In this document: piece after piece, positions 1 through 9,420 of the stretch
Position numbering within the stretch: position 1 is the first letter of the stretch
Layout of the letters: each line of letters opens with the position of its first letter
From: an uncultured Candidatus Rokubacteria bacterium
Lineage (GTDB): Bacteria > Methylomirabilota > Methylomirabilia > Rokubacteriales > CSP1-6
Reading direction: 5' to 3'
Assembly: GCA_963743355.1 (NCBI GenBank)
Contig: CAVUPM010000002.1
Location: 2,546,825 to 2,610,824 of the forward strand
Length of the DNA: 64,000 nt
Translations under genes and position numbers: made by a program
The notes under the pieces: model-generated
Told to the model about the DNA's origin: nothing
What the model saw: the letters and a program-made list of their open reading frames with translations, nothing else
Databases searched by the model: none

Positions 1-245
1 AAGACACCGACGACGCCCGTGAGCTGCTGGCCTTCGTGCTCGAGCAGTGCGCGCCGGTGGTGACCGCGGCCGCGAACGCGACCGACGGACTCGCGGCGTT
101 CCTCCGCGACCGCCCTCGGATCGTCGTCACCGATCTCGCCATGCCCGGGCACGACGGCTACTGGCTGCTGCGCCAGGTGCGGGCGCGCGCGGCCGCCGCC
201 GACGTGCGCGCCACGGCTCCGCCGGGGCGTCCCGAGCCACCCTAG
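1..245 (+). CDS. Response regulator receiver domain protein, 5' end outside the window; ORF terminates abnormally after helix alpha3 inside a copy of the dispersed repeat element
   Basis: Translation DTDDARELLAFVLEQ...IVVTDLAMPGHDGYWLLRQVRA matches the CheY-like receiver fold (D-x-x-MPG-DG); the C-terminal ...ADVRATAPPGRPEPP* and the stop at 243-245 are encoded by the repeat element (209-278). Confidence 0.55.
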   Translation, partial: DTDDARELLAFVLEQCAPVVTAAANATDGLAAFLRDRPRIVVTDLAMPGHDGYWLLRQVRARAAAADVRATAPPGRPEPP

Positions 246-278
246 GGGCTTGGGGAGCCCGTTCGAGGCCCCCCATCC
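209..278. repeat. Copy D of the dispersed GC-rich double-hairpin repeat element
   Basis: cgccacggctccgccggggcgtcccgagccaccctaggggcttggggagcccgttcgaggcccccc aligns nearly base-for-base with the copies at 12615-12712 and 44141-44225. Confidence 0.6.
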
Positions 279-281
279 TAA

Positions 282-1082
282 CTAATCCAGCAGCCGCCGC
301 CGAAGGCCGTCGACGGCACTGCGAAAGTCGTCGCCCGCCGAATCGACACCTCGCTGGATCTCGCGCCAGTCTTCGCGGAGCTTGTTCGGCAGATCGAAGC
401 CCCGCCGGGGCGCCGGGCGTGACGCGGCCGGGGCGGGCGCAGCGTCGGTCGGTGCCGCGCGTGGAGTCACCGCCGCCACCGGCGGCGAGGGCGCGATGAT
501 GGGCGCGGGCGGCGGGGCTGGGGGATCCATGGTCCGTGACGTCGACGGTGACGCGGCCGGGGCGGGCGGCTCGGACCTGGCCATCTCTTCGATCGGCCTC
601 GCGAGAGTCGGCGGCACGGGTCTGACGGCAGGCGAAGCGCCCGGCCGGGTCCCCGCCGGCGGCGGGGTCGGCGCAGGCCGCTCGACCACCGGCCGCGGTG
701 GGGCGGCCTCGCGCCGGCGCAGCGCGTCCTGCAGCTCTCGAATCCGAGCCTCGGTCTCCATCAGCCGCGACTCCTGCCCTGCGACCTTCTCGCCAAGCGC
801 CGGGACCTGGGCGTCGGACGCCGGCACCGCAACGGCCGCTGGCGACGGTGTGGGCGAGGGCTGAACGAGCACGATGGCAATCAGGATGGCCGTCGCGGCG
901 AAGCACGCGGCGGCCACCGTGTGGCCGAGGCGGGTCAGGATGAGACGGCGGTTGGCTCGGTCAGGCGCGTCCTCGTCGCCCGGAGTGAAGCCGTAAAGCA
1001 CCACGAGGATGCAGATGACGACGGCACCGAGGGCGCTGAGGGCCACTGCGGTGGCGAGCGCGGCCGGGGCGAACGCAGGCAT
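282..1082 (-). CDS. Hypothetical membrane-anchored protein with two TM helices, a coiled-coil segment and a long Pro/Ala-rich tail
   Basis: Reading from the internal Met (MPAFAPAALATAVALSALGAVVICILVVLYGF...): hydrophobic helices, then EARIRELQDALRRRE, then P/A/S/T-rich low-complexity region; no recognisable family. Confidence 0.4.
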   Translation of the reverse strand: MPAFAPAALATAVALSALGAVVICILVVLYGFTPGDEDAPDRANRRLILTRLGHTVAAACFAATAILIAIVLVQPSPTPSPAAVAVPASDAQVPALGEKVAGQESRLMETEARIRELQDALRRREAAPPRPVVERPAPTPPPAGTRPGASPAVRPVPPTLARPIEEMARSEPPAPAASPSTSRTMDPPAPPPAPIIAPSPPVAAVTPRAAPTDAAPAPAASRPAPRRGFDLPNKLREDWREIQRGVDSAGDDFRSAVDGLRRRLLD

Positions 1083-1133
1083 GGTACTCCTCCTGCCCCC
1101 AAGTCTGCACACACTATACCAGGCCCGCCGAGC

Positions 1134-2951
1134 TCAGAGCCCGAGCGCGGACAGGCGCGCGCGCGTGGGCACCCCGTCGTCGTCCCAGCCGCGCAGCGCG
1201 TAGTAGGCGTCGAGCATGGCGGCCAGCTCGGCGGGCGGACAGTACATGCCCGCCGATGGTCCCTCGGCAATCGGCTCGTGCATGACCTTCCACGGCAGCA
1301 CGTCCTGGCCGCGGCGCACGCCCTCGCGGACGTTGAACAGGCGCTCGAGGTTGACGATGCGCTCGCCGATCCGCTCCAGCTCCTCGACGCTCACGTCCCA
1401 GCCGGTGATCGCGCTCACCATCCGCGCGTAGGGCTCGCCCACGAACAGGCCGAAGCCGCGCTCGGAGGTGAAGCGGCACAGCACGAGCGAGTCGCCGACC
1501 GCGGTGAAGTGCTGGCTGCGCGCGGCAAAGGCGGGCTTGTCCTCGGTGGATCGGCGATCGAAGGTCGGCGCGTACTGCGGCGTGGGGCGCGTGTCGTGGT
1601 GGCTGCCGCCCCGGGTCGCGGTCGCGTAACCGATCGACAGCCCCTTGAGCGCGCGCGCGGAGTGCGCGGGCAGCTCGAGGCGCTTGACCGCGTACACCAG
1701 CCGCGTCGCCTCGGGGTGGATCGACTCGGCCAGGCGCCAGGCCCCGTCGGCCAGGCGATCGCCGAAGCCCTCGCGGCGCGCGGTCATCTCGACCAGGCGC
1801 AGCATCCCGCGCCAGTCGCCCCAGCCGAACGGCACCCCGACCTCGGCCGGCGACAGCCACCCGCGCTCCAGCGCCTCGCACACGAGCGCGAGCGTGACGC
1901 CCATGGAGATCGTGTCGAGCCCCTGCAGGTCGCACAGGTCGTTGGCAAGGATCAACGCCTCCGGCTCGGCGATCCCCAGCATCGGCCCCAGCGCGAAGAT
2001 CGACTCGTACTCCGGCATCTTCGCCCGCGTGCCGGCGAATTCCCCGTCCCGGATCGCGTACTGCTTGCCGCACGCCACCGGGCACTTCAGGCACGTGGTG
2101 TCGCGCTCGTGGTAGTGCTCCTTCATCGACTCGCCGCCGATCACGCGCGCCTCGGCGAAGACCTCGCTCCGGAGGTTGTAGCTGCCGAGCGCGCCGAGCG
2201 CGTTGATCGGGCCGACCAGGAACGGCGTGCCGAACGTGGTCAGCGCCTGCGTGCCCTTCTTCAGTGGCTCGCGCGTCTCCTCGAGCAATGCCTTGAGGGC
2301 GGCGGGATCGGCGACCTCGGTCCGGCAAGCGCCCCGGACCACGACCGCCTTGACGTTTTTGCTGCCCAGCACGGCGCCGAGCCCGCCGCGCCCGGCGACG
2401 GCCTCGCGGTTTTTCCAGTAGTGCGCCATCGCCGCGAAGCGCACGCCGCGCTCGCCGGCGGGGCCGATGGCGATCGCGTCGGCGTCGGCGCCCTCGGCGG
2501 CCACCAGCGCGGTGACGGCCTCCCGCGTCGACTGCCCCCACACCGCGGCCGCGGATTTCAGGACGGCGCCGTGCTCGTCGACGGCGACGTAGCTGGGCGC
2601 CGGCGCCCGCCCGGTCAGCACGACGGCGTCGAAGCCGGTGCGCTTGAGCGTCACCGGAAAGCGGCCGCCGAACGTGGAGTCGAAGAAGAGCCCCGTGAGC
2701 GGCGACTTGGCCACCGCGCACGCGCGACTGTTGCCGGCCACCGTGGTGTCGGTCACCGGCCCGACGGCGAAGATGATCGCGTTGGCCGGATCGAACGCGT
2801 CGACGCCCGCCGGCACCAGGTCGTAGAGCAGCCGCGCGGCAAGGCCGTTGCCGCCCAGGAGGGCGCGGGCCGTGGCCTCGGCCAGCGGCTCGATGCGGGA
2901 GGAGCCCGTCGTACAGTCGACGAACAGGATGCGGCCGCCATAACCCTTCAT
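1134..2951 (-). CDS. Tungsten-containing aldehyde:ferredoxin oxidoreductase (AOR family)
   Basis: Start at MKGYGGRILFVDCTTGS (ATG at 2951); AOR N-terminal domain, GRGGLGAVLGSKNVKAVVV, and the Fe-S Cys motif EHYHERDTTCLKCPVACGK. Confidence 0.85.
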   Translation of the reverse strand: MKGYGGRILFVDCTTGSSRIEPLAEATARALLGGNGLAARLLYDLVPAGVDAFDPANAIIFAVGPVTDTTVAGNSRACAVAKSPLTGLFFDSTFGGRFPVTLKRTGFDAVVLTGRAPAPSYVAVDEHGAVLKSAAAVWGQSTREAVTALVAAEGADADAIAIGPAGERGVRFAAMAHYWKNREAVAGRGGLGAVLGSKNVKAVVVRGACRTEVADPAALKALLEETREPLKKGTQALTTFGTPFLVGPINALGALGSYNLRSEVFAEARVIGGESMKEHYHERDTTCLKCPVACGKQYAIRDGEFAGTRAKMPEYESIFALGPMLGIAEPEALILANDLCDLQGLDTISMGVTLALVCEALERGWLSPAEVGVPFGWGDWRGMLRLVEMTARREGFGDRLADGAWRLAESIHPEATRLVYAVKRLELPAHSARALKGLSIGYATATRGGSHHDTRPTPQYAPTFDRRSTEDKPAFAARSQHFTAVGDSLVLCRFTSERGFGLFVGEPYARMVSAITGWDVSVEELERIGERIVNLERLFNVREGVRRGQDVLPWKVMHEPIAEGPSAGMYCPPAELAAMLDAYYALRGWDDDGVPTRARLSALGL

Positions 2952-2970
2952 GGCGTCGTATCTTACCTGC

Positions 2971-5937
2971 TCAGCGCGGGAGCGTGGAGAGACCCTGGCG
3001 GGCGGCGTCGGCGAGGTCGGTCGGCAGGTCGCCCTGGGCGAGCAGCTTGCGATAGGCGAGCTCCGCGGCCTCGTGCTGCTTGAGCGAGGCGAACGCGCGG
3101 CCGGCGGCGAGCAGACTGCGGCGGCCCTGGGGCGACGCCGGCGCCACGTAGGCGGCGGTGAGGTAGTACTCGGCCGCGGCGAGCGCATCGCCCTCCCCGC
3201 TGTAGGTGTCGCCGATGGCCTGCGCAGCCTCGGAGGCCACCGTGATCTCGTCGCTCTTCAGGAGCCGCTCGAGGACGCCGCGGGCCTGGTCCCAGCGCTT
3301 CTCCTGGGTCAGCAGCCGCGCGTGGCCGAACAGCGCGGGCGTGCTCCACTCCGGCCCCGACCCGTCGCGGGCCGCCCGGGAGTACGCCTCGAGCGCACCC
3401 GGACGATCGCCGGCCGCCTCCCGCACGCGCGCGAGGATCATCGTGGCCCGCTGGTCGTTCGGCGTATCGACGACGGCCTTCTCGATCTCCTGGCGGGCGT
3501 CGTTCACGCGGCCGGTCTCGAACAACGCCTCCGCCACGCGCACGCGCGCCGCGGCGGTGAACGGGCTCTGCGGATAGCGTTGCCGCAGCAGCGTGTCGGC
3601 CTCGTAGGCGATCGGCCACGCCTTTGCCCCGGCGGCGGCGGCGGCCACGCGCTCGAGCGCGTCGTCGGCCGTCTCGTGAGCCGCCTGGTCGGTCGCGAGT
3701 CGGCGCGCGGTGCCGAGCGCGCCCGACCAGTCACGGCCGTCGAGCGCGACCCCCGTGAGGGCGTACAGCAGCTCGCCGGCGCGATCCGCGCTGGCCGGGC
3801 CCGGCGGCAACGCCGCCAGCGCCGCCTGGGCCGGCCTGGCGAACTCGCGGACGGCCCCCGTCTGGAAGCTCGCCACCGCCATCCCGTAGTCGGCCGCGGC
3901 GACGACGTCAGGCGTGCCGGCGTCGCGCGCCTCGGAGAAGGCCTTCTTCGCGTCGTCCCAGCGCCGCTGGCGCAGCGCGATCGCGCCCGTCCCCAGGCTC
4001 GAGAACGCCGTGAGCCCCTCGCGGCGGGCCAGCGCCAGGGCACGCTGGGCGCCGGGGAGGTCGCCGGTCGCCAGCGCGGCGGCGGCGAGCGCGGCGTGGG
4101 CACGCCCGAACAGCGCCGGGAAGGGCGCGCGGCCGAGCCAGTCGTTCAGCGCGGTCCTGGCGGCGGCGGCGTCGCCCGTGCGCACCAGCACGATGCCGCG
4201 ATTCAGCCGTGCGAAGTCTGTGCGGGGATGGGTCGGGTACGTCTGCACGATCCGGTCGAGCAGGGCCCGTCCCCCCTCCAGATCGCCGGCGCTCACCGTG
4301 AGCTCGGCGGCGAGCACGAGGGCGTCGATGGCGTTCGGGTGATTGGGCGCGCTCTGCGCGAAGTCGAGGAACTCGCGCCGCGCGACGTCGGCCCGGCCCT
4401 GCCGCAGCGACGTCCAGGCGACGGCCAGGCGGAGCATCGGACTCTCGGAGGCGCCGGGGAACTCGAGCAGGGCGCGCCGGAAGGCGGCGGCCGCGACCGC
4501 GTGATCACCGACCTGGTACGCCGCCTCGGCCTGCTGGATCAGCACGGCGACGCGCAGGTCGGGCGGCAGCGGGGCATTGGCCAGGGGTGCCAGTTCGACG
4601 AGCACCTGCCGGAACTCGCGCAGCTCGAAGTTCGTACGGGCCAGGCGGAACGCCGCCTGCCACGCCGTCGGCGTGTTGCCCGCCACCTGGCGGGCCAGCT
4701 CGAACTGCGTCCGCGCCTCGTCGCGATTGCCCTGGGCGCGATCGATCTCACCCTTGACGAGGAGCACCCAGCCGCGCACCGGCGGCGTGAGATTGGCGGC
4801 CAGCAGGTCCTGCACGATCGGATCGATCTGGGCGGTCCCTGCCGAGTCGAGCGCCGTGCGCACCAGCCGCAGCTGCAGCGGCAGCGCCAGCGGCGAGCGC
4901 CGGGCGTTGAGGGCGGCGGCCGCGTCGCGGGCGCCGTTCCACTCGCCCGTGGCCAGCAGCGCCAGCGCGAGGCCGGCCTCGCCCCACTCGCGCTCCTTGC
5001 CGGTGAACGACGGGAGATGGGTGAGATAGGCGCGGAACGCCGTCACCGCCTCGGGCGCGTGCCGGGCGGCCAGCGCCCACCAGGCCAGCCGCAGCTGCGC
5101 GGTCGGCATGAGCGGGTGCGCGCCGCCGGCGATGAAGCGCTTGAGGTTGGCCTCGGCCCGGCCCGGCTCGCCGATGCGCCCGAGCGCCTCGCCGTGCCAG
5201 AACAGGATGTCGCGCCCCAGCATGACCGGCGTGCCCCGCTGCAGCGCCAGCGCCCACGCCTGCTCGGCCTCCTGATGGCGACTGAGCGCGTAGCTGGCGA
5301 GCCCCAGGCCGTGGCGCGCCCACGCCTCGATCGGCGCCGGCGCCGCCCCCGCGAGGACCGCGGTGAATGCGTCGCGCGCGCGGGTCGCGTCGCCAACCCG
5401 CAGCGCCGTCCACCCGCTCGAGTGCTGCGCCCACACGCCCCACTCCTGGCGCGGGCTGTCCTGGCCGACCTGGCGGAACAGCCAGTCGGCCTCCTCGATG
5501 CGGTTGAGACGGTAGTAGGTCTCGCCGAGCCAGTACCGGGCCTCGCGAAGGAGGTCGCGATCGGCGCCGGGACGCGCCGCGCTCTCCAGTGCCTTGGCGG
5601 CCTCTTCGAACTCGCCGCGCTGGAAGCGCGCGCGGCCACACTCCAGGGACTCCGACGGCACGCCGGTCCACGCCCCGATGCAGGGCAGCGAGCGAGGCGG
5701 CTGGGCGAACGCAACCGGCTTGTCGCCGGCCGGCACGCTGAGCGCCGCCAGCGGCAGCGGCGGCAATTCCAGCGGCGCCGGTGGCAGCGGTGCGTCGGCA
5801 AGCACGGGCGGCTTGTCGAGGGGCGCGGCGACGAACGGAACGAGCGGCGTGATCTCGGGCGGCGGCGGCAGGAACGGACGCGGCGTCGCCGCCACCAGGC
5901 CGACCCAGACCACCGCGAGCACGAGCGCGCGCCTCAC
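2971..5937 (-). CDS. Large secreted tetratricopeptide (TPR) repeat protein, 988 aa
   Basis: Signal peptide MRRALVLAVVWVGLVAA followed by many TPR-like helical repeats (Ala/Leu/Arg-rich, W..A...Y patterns). Confidence 0.7.
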   Translation of the reverse strand: MRRALVLAVVWVGLVAATPRPFLPPPPEITPLVPFVAAPLDKPPVLADAPLPPAPLELPPLPLAALSVPAGDKPVAFAQPPRSLPCIGAWTGVPSESLECGRARFQRGEFEEAAKALESAARPGADRDLLREARYWLGETYYRLNRIEEADWLFRQVGQDSPRQEWGVWAQHSSGWTALRVGDATRARDAFTAVLAGAAPAPIEAWARHGLGLASYALSRHQEAEQAWALALQRGTPVMLGRDILFWHGEALGRIGEPGRAEANLKRFIAGGAHPLMPTAQLRLAWWALAARHAPEAVTAFRAYLTHLPSFTGKEREWGEAGLALALLATGEWNGARDAAAALNARRSPLALPLQLRLVRTALDSAGTAQIDPIVQDLLAANLTPPVRGWVLLVKGEIDRAQGNRDEARTQFELARQVAGNTPTAWQAAFRLARTNFELREFRQVLVELAPLANAPLPPDLRVAVLIQQAEAAYQVGDHAVAAAAFRRALLEFPGASESPMLRLAVAWTSLRQGRADVARREFLDFAQSAPNHPNAIDALVLAAELTVSAGDLEGGRALLDRIVQTYPTHPRTDFARLNRGIVLVRTGDAAAARTALNDWLGRAPFPALFGRAHAALAAAALATGDLPGAQRALALARREGLTAFSSLGTGAIALRQRRWDDAKKAFSEARDAGTPDVVAAADYGMAVASFQTGAVREFARPAQAALAALPPGPASADRAGELLYALTGVALDGRDWSGALGTARRLATDQAAHETADDALERVAAAAAGAKAWPIAYEADTLLRQRYPQSPFTAAARVRVAEALFETGRVNDARQEIEKAVVDTPNDQRATMILARVREAAGDRPGALEAYSRAARDGSGPEWSTPALFGHARLLTQEKRWDQARGVLERLLKSDEITVASEAAQAIGDTYSGEGDALAAAEYYLTAAYVAPASPQGRRSLLAAGRAFASLKQHEAAELAYRKLLAQGDLPTDLADAARQGLSTLPR

Positions 5938-7346
5938 GACTTCTTCCCCGCCGGCTTGGACGGCTCCGAGCGCTTCGGCGCCGCGGGCGCCGCGGGGCTC
6001 GCTTTCAGCTGGGTCTTCATCGCCGTCACGCGCTCACGCGCCCAGTCGCGCAGGCCGGAGTCGGGGCTGCGGCCGGCGACGGCCTCGTAGGCGGTCAGCG
6101 CCGCTTTCCACTCCTTCTGCTCCTCGCGCGCCAGGCCCAGCCCGGCCAGCGCGCGGTACCGCGCGCCGGCCTCGACGCCGCCGACCGCGCCGACCGCCTC
6201 GAACGCCTTGGCCGCCTGGGGAAAGCGCTTCAGCTTCAGCTCGGACTCGCCGATCAGCAGCCAGGCATCGGCGCGCACGGTGTCCTCGTCGCTCTGGGCC
6301 GCCGTCGCGCCGAGCGCGCTCGCGTCCTTCCAGTTCTTCTGCTTGAACGCCGTGTCGGCCAGACTGAGCGCCAGTCGCCGGGTGAGCGCGTGCTCGGGGA
6401 ACTGGCTCTTGAGCCGGCGCCAGGCGGCGTCGACGTCCTTGGGCCGCGAGAGCTGCCTGGCGATGTCCGCCGCCCGGGAGAGGTCCTCGGCGGTGGGCGG
6501 GCTCTGCTCCATCAAGGCTTTGTAGGCGTCGAGCATCTCGTCCTTGTTGCCGGACCGGCCGAGCGCCTGATTGATGAGCTTCTGCGCCACGGGCGCCTGC
6601 TCGTGCGACGGGTTGGCCGCGACGAACGCGCGCAGGTCGGCGAGACCGCCGCGCGGATCGCCGTTGTTGACCTTCACCCAGCCGAGCAGGTACTGGGCGT
6701 CGGGAATCAGCTTGGAGCTGGGATACTTCGTCGCAAACGTGGTGAGGAGCGGCAGCGCGTCGCTGGGGTGCTTGAGCTCGATCTGCGCCCGCGCGAGGTG
6801 CAGCGTGGCCGAGGGCGCCAGCGCGTGCTCGGGCCAGGTCGTCAGGAACTCGCGGAGCGCGGTGACGGCCGGCTCGGGGCGCTGCAGCTCGAGCTCGGTC
6901 CACGCCAAGCCGTACATCGCCTCGGGGGCGAGCGGCGAGGCGGCGTCGGTGCGCACGACTTCGTCGTACAGGGTCCGGGCCTCGCCGAATCGCTTGAGTC
7001 GGAACAGCGCCTCGGCCTGCCAGAACTTCGTCTCCAGCAGTTCGGCCGGCGCCGTGAGCGAGCCCTGCGTCCGGGCGAACGCCTCGAGGGCCGATTGCGG
7101 GTCGTTGAGGGCCAGGCGCGCCTTGCCGAGCATGACGAGGGCCCGGGCGCCGCGCGGGTCCTTGGGATACTGCGCGACGAACCGCTCGAGCGCGCGACGG
7201 GCGACCGGGTAGAACCGATCGGCCAGGGCCCGCTCGCCGACCATGAACAGACGATCGGCCTCGTCGAGCGCCGATACGGGGGCGACTGCGACCACCAGCA
7301 CCAGGAGCGCAGCGAGGGTCGAAACCATCGCCAGGCAGCGCTTCAT
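5934..7346 (-). CDS. Secreted TPR repeat protein, 470 aa, YbgF/CpoB-like architecture
   Basis: Signal peptide MKRCLAMVSTLAALLVLVVAVAPVSA; repeated TPR units; 4-bp ATGA overlap with the downstream TPR gene. Confidence 0.65.
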   Translation of the reverse strand: MKRCLAMVSTLAALLVLVVAVAPVSALDEADRLFMVGERALADRFYPVARRALERFVAQYPKDPRGARALVMLGKARLALNDPQSALEAFARTQGSLTAPAELLETKFWQAEALFRLKRFGEARTLYDEVVRTDAASPLAPEAMYGLAWTELELQRPEPAVTALREFLTTWPEHALAPSATLHLARAQIELKHPSDALPLLTTFATKYPSSKLIPDAQYLLGWVKVNNGDPRGGLADLRAFVAANPSHEQAPVAQKLINQALGRSGNKDEMLDAYKALMEQSPPTAEDLSRAADIARQLSRPKDVDAAWRRLKSQFPEHALTRRLALSLADTAFKQKNWKDASALGATAAQSDEDTVRADAWLLIGESELKLKRFPQAAKAFEAVGAVGGVEAGARYRALAGLGLAREEQKEWKAALTAYEAVAGRSPDSGLRDWARERVTAMKTQLKASPAAPAAPKRSEPSKPAGKKS

Positions 7347-7383
7347 GCCACCGAGCGTAGCACGGTCATAGTAAAGTCAGTGC

Positions 7384-8019
7384 GTGCGTTTGTGCGTGTT
7401 CGACCTGGATCACACTCTCGTCCACACCCCGCTGGACCTGGCGGCGATGGCGCTGGACATGCGCGCGACGCTGGAGCGCCGCTGGGGTCCCCTCCCGGCC
7501 CGCCCGGATCGCTACCGGGTCGGCGAGCTCATCGGCTGGTGCCAGGCGAATGCCCCCGACGCCGAGAAGCCACTCTGGGAGATCGCGCTCGATCACGAGC
7601 GCCGGGCCATGGCCATCGCCGCGCTCGAGGCCGGCGCGCGGGAGGCGATCGACGGCGCCCGCGCGGCCGGCTTCGCCACCGCGGTGTGGACGAACAACGC
7701 CCGTGAGGTCACGGCCGTCGCGCTCGAGCGATTCGAGCTTCTGCCCGTGCTCGACCTCGTGGTGACCCGCGACGAGATGCGGGCGCTCAAGCCCGACCCC
7801 GACGGCTGGCGCGTCATCCTCGAGCACTTCGGCCCCACGCGCGACGCCGTCGTCGTCGGCGACTCCTGGGTCGACGGCATCGCCGCCCAGGCGGCCGGCG
7901 TTCCCTTCGTCGCCTACCGCCCGAAGGAAGCCGACCTCGAGCGCTGGAAGATCACCCCGATCGCTCGAATCACCGATCTCGCCGCGCTGCCCGCCTGGCT
8001 TCGCCGGCGCGGGGCCTGA
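7384..8019 (+). CDS. HAD-superfamily hydrolase
   Basis: N-terminal HAD motif I in CVFDLDHTLVHT and C-terminal motif in VVGDSWVDGIAAQAAG. Confidence 0.75.
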   Translation: MRLCVFDLDHTLVHTPLDLAAMALDMRATLERRWGPLPARPDRYRVGELIGWCQANAPDAEKPLWEIALDHERRAMAIAALEAGAREAIDGARAAGFATAVWTNNAREVTAVALERFELLPVLDLVVTRDEMRALKPDPDGWRVILEHFGPTRDAVVVGDSWVDGIAAQAAGVPFVAYRPKEADLERWKITPIARITDLAALPAWLRRRGA

Positions 8020-8026
8020 CACCGCC

Positions 8027-9364
8027 ATGGAGCTGTTCGAGGAGCCCGCGAGCGCGGCCGGAGCGGCGCCGGCGGGGCCGCTGGCCGATCGCATGCGCCC
8101 GCACGTGCTCGACGAGATCGTCGGCCAGGAGCACCTGCTCGGGCCCGGCCGCGTGCTGCGGGCGGCGATCGAGAGCGGCGAGCTGCACTCGATGATCCTG
8201 TGGGGGCCGCCGGGCTCGGGCAAGACCACGCTGGCCTCGCTGATGGCCCAGGTGGCCGGCGCCCGCTTCGTCGCGTTCTCGGCCGTCCTGTCCGGCGTCA
8301 AGGAGATCCGCCAGGTGGTCGCCGAGGCGGAGACCGAGCGCGCGCGGCGCCGCCGGCGGACCATCCTCTTCGTCGACGAGATCCACCGCTTCAATCGCGG
8401 GCAGCAGGACGCCTTCCTGCCCCACGTCGAGAAGGGGACGATCGTGCTCGTCGGCGCCACGACCGAGAACCCGTCGTTCGAGGTGAACTCCGCCCTGCTG
8501 TCGCGCTGCCGCGTGTACGTGCTGCGCGCGCTCACCGACGAGGATCTGACATCGATCATGCGGCGCGCGCTGGCCGACGGCGAGCGCGGCCTGGCCAGGC
8601 TTCAGGCCGAGGTCCCCGACGATGCGCTGCGGCACATCGCGCGCCTGGCCAACGGCGACGCGCGGTCGGCGCTGAACATCCTGGAGCTGGCGGTGCAGCT
8701 CGCCCCGGTGACGAATGGCCGGCGGCGGGTGACCGAGCCCGCGATCCGCGACGCCGCCCAGCGCAAGACGCTGCTCTACGACAAGAGCGGAGAGGAGCAC
8801 TACAACCTCATCTCGGCCCTCCACAAGTCGCTGCGTGACTCCGACGCCGACGCCGCCCTCTACTGGATGACCCGCATGCTCGACTCCGGCGAGGACGCGC
8901 TCTACGTCGCCCGCCGGCTCGTGCGCTTCGCCTCGGAAGACATCGGCAACGCCGATCCGCGGGCGCTCACGCTCACGCTTGCCGCCAAGGACGCCTACGA
9001 CTTCCTCGGCTCCCCGGAGGGCGAGCTGGCGCTGGCCCAGGCCACCCTCTACCTGGCGCTGGCGCCGAAGTCCAACGCCGCCTACGTGGCGTTCAACGAG
9101 GCCAAGGCCGACGTGCAGGAGCGGCCCGCCGAGCCGGTCCCGCTGCACATCCGCAACGCCCCCACCGGCCTCATGCGCGACCTGGGCTACGGCGCCGGCT
9201 ACCAGTACGCGCACGACGCCCCCCAGGCCCGGGTGGAGCAGGAGCACCTGCCCGAGGCGCTGCGCGATCGCCAGTACTACCGCCCCGTCGAGCGCGGCCT
9301 CGAGGCCGAGCTGGGCCGGCGCCTGGCCGAGTGGCGCCGCTGGCGGGCCGAGCGGCAGAAGTGA
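8027..9364 (+). CDS. rarA: Replication-associated recombination protein A (AAA+ ATPase RarA/MgsA)
   Basis: Walker A GPPGSGKTT, Walker B LFVDEIHRFN, sensor motifs and the MgsA C-terminal domain (YQYAHD). Confidence 0.9.
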   Translation: MELFEEPASAAGAAPAGPLADRMRPHVLDEIVGQEHLLGPGRVLRAAIESGELHSMILWGPPGSGKTTLASLMAQVAGARFVAFSAVLSGVKEIRQVVAEAETERARRRRRTILFVDEIHRFNRGQQDAFLPHVEKGTIVLVGATTENPSFEVNSALLSRCRVYVLRALTDEDLTSIMRRALADGERGLARLQAEVPDDALRHIARLANGDARSALNILELAVQLAPVTNGRRRVTEPAIRDAAQRKTLLYDKSGEEHYNLISALHKSLRDSDADAALYWMTRMLDSGEDALYVARRLVRFASEDIGNADPRALTLTLAAKDAYDFLGSPEGELALAQATLYLALAPKSNAAYVAFNEAKADVQERPAEPVPLHIRNAPTGLMRDLGYGAGYQYAHDAPQARVEQEHLPEALRDRQYYRPVERGLEAELGRRLAEWRRWRAERQK

Positions 9365-9379
9365 ACTTCCCGACCTGAC

Positions 9380-9394
9380 TGGCACCCGCCTTGC
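9380..9394 (+). promoter_or_regulatory. Sigma54 (RpoN) -24/-12 promoter, TGGCAC-N5-TTGC
   Basis: ctTGGCACccgccTTGCc sits 27 nt upstream of the ATG at 9421, followed by RBS GAGGAGG. Confidence 0.5.
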
Positions 9395-9420
9395 CTGAAC
9401 GACAGGCGAGGAGGTCCGTC

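Noticed and set aside
921-6090. Very long plus-strand ORFs (921-3083, 2950-6090 and similar) overlapping the AOR and TPR genes
   Set aside because: They are antisense to well-supported genes. Translations are Arg/Gly/Ala/Pro-rich low-complexity strings typical of off-frame reading in 70%+ GC DNA. No domains recognised.
9361-9380. ECF-like -35 (GAACTTCC) upstream of the secreted-protein gene at 9421
   Set aside because: No GTCTAA-type -10 at the right spacing. The adjacent TGGCAC-N5-TTGC sigma54 element explains the region better.
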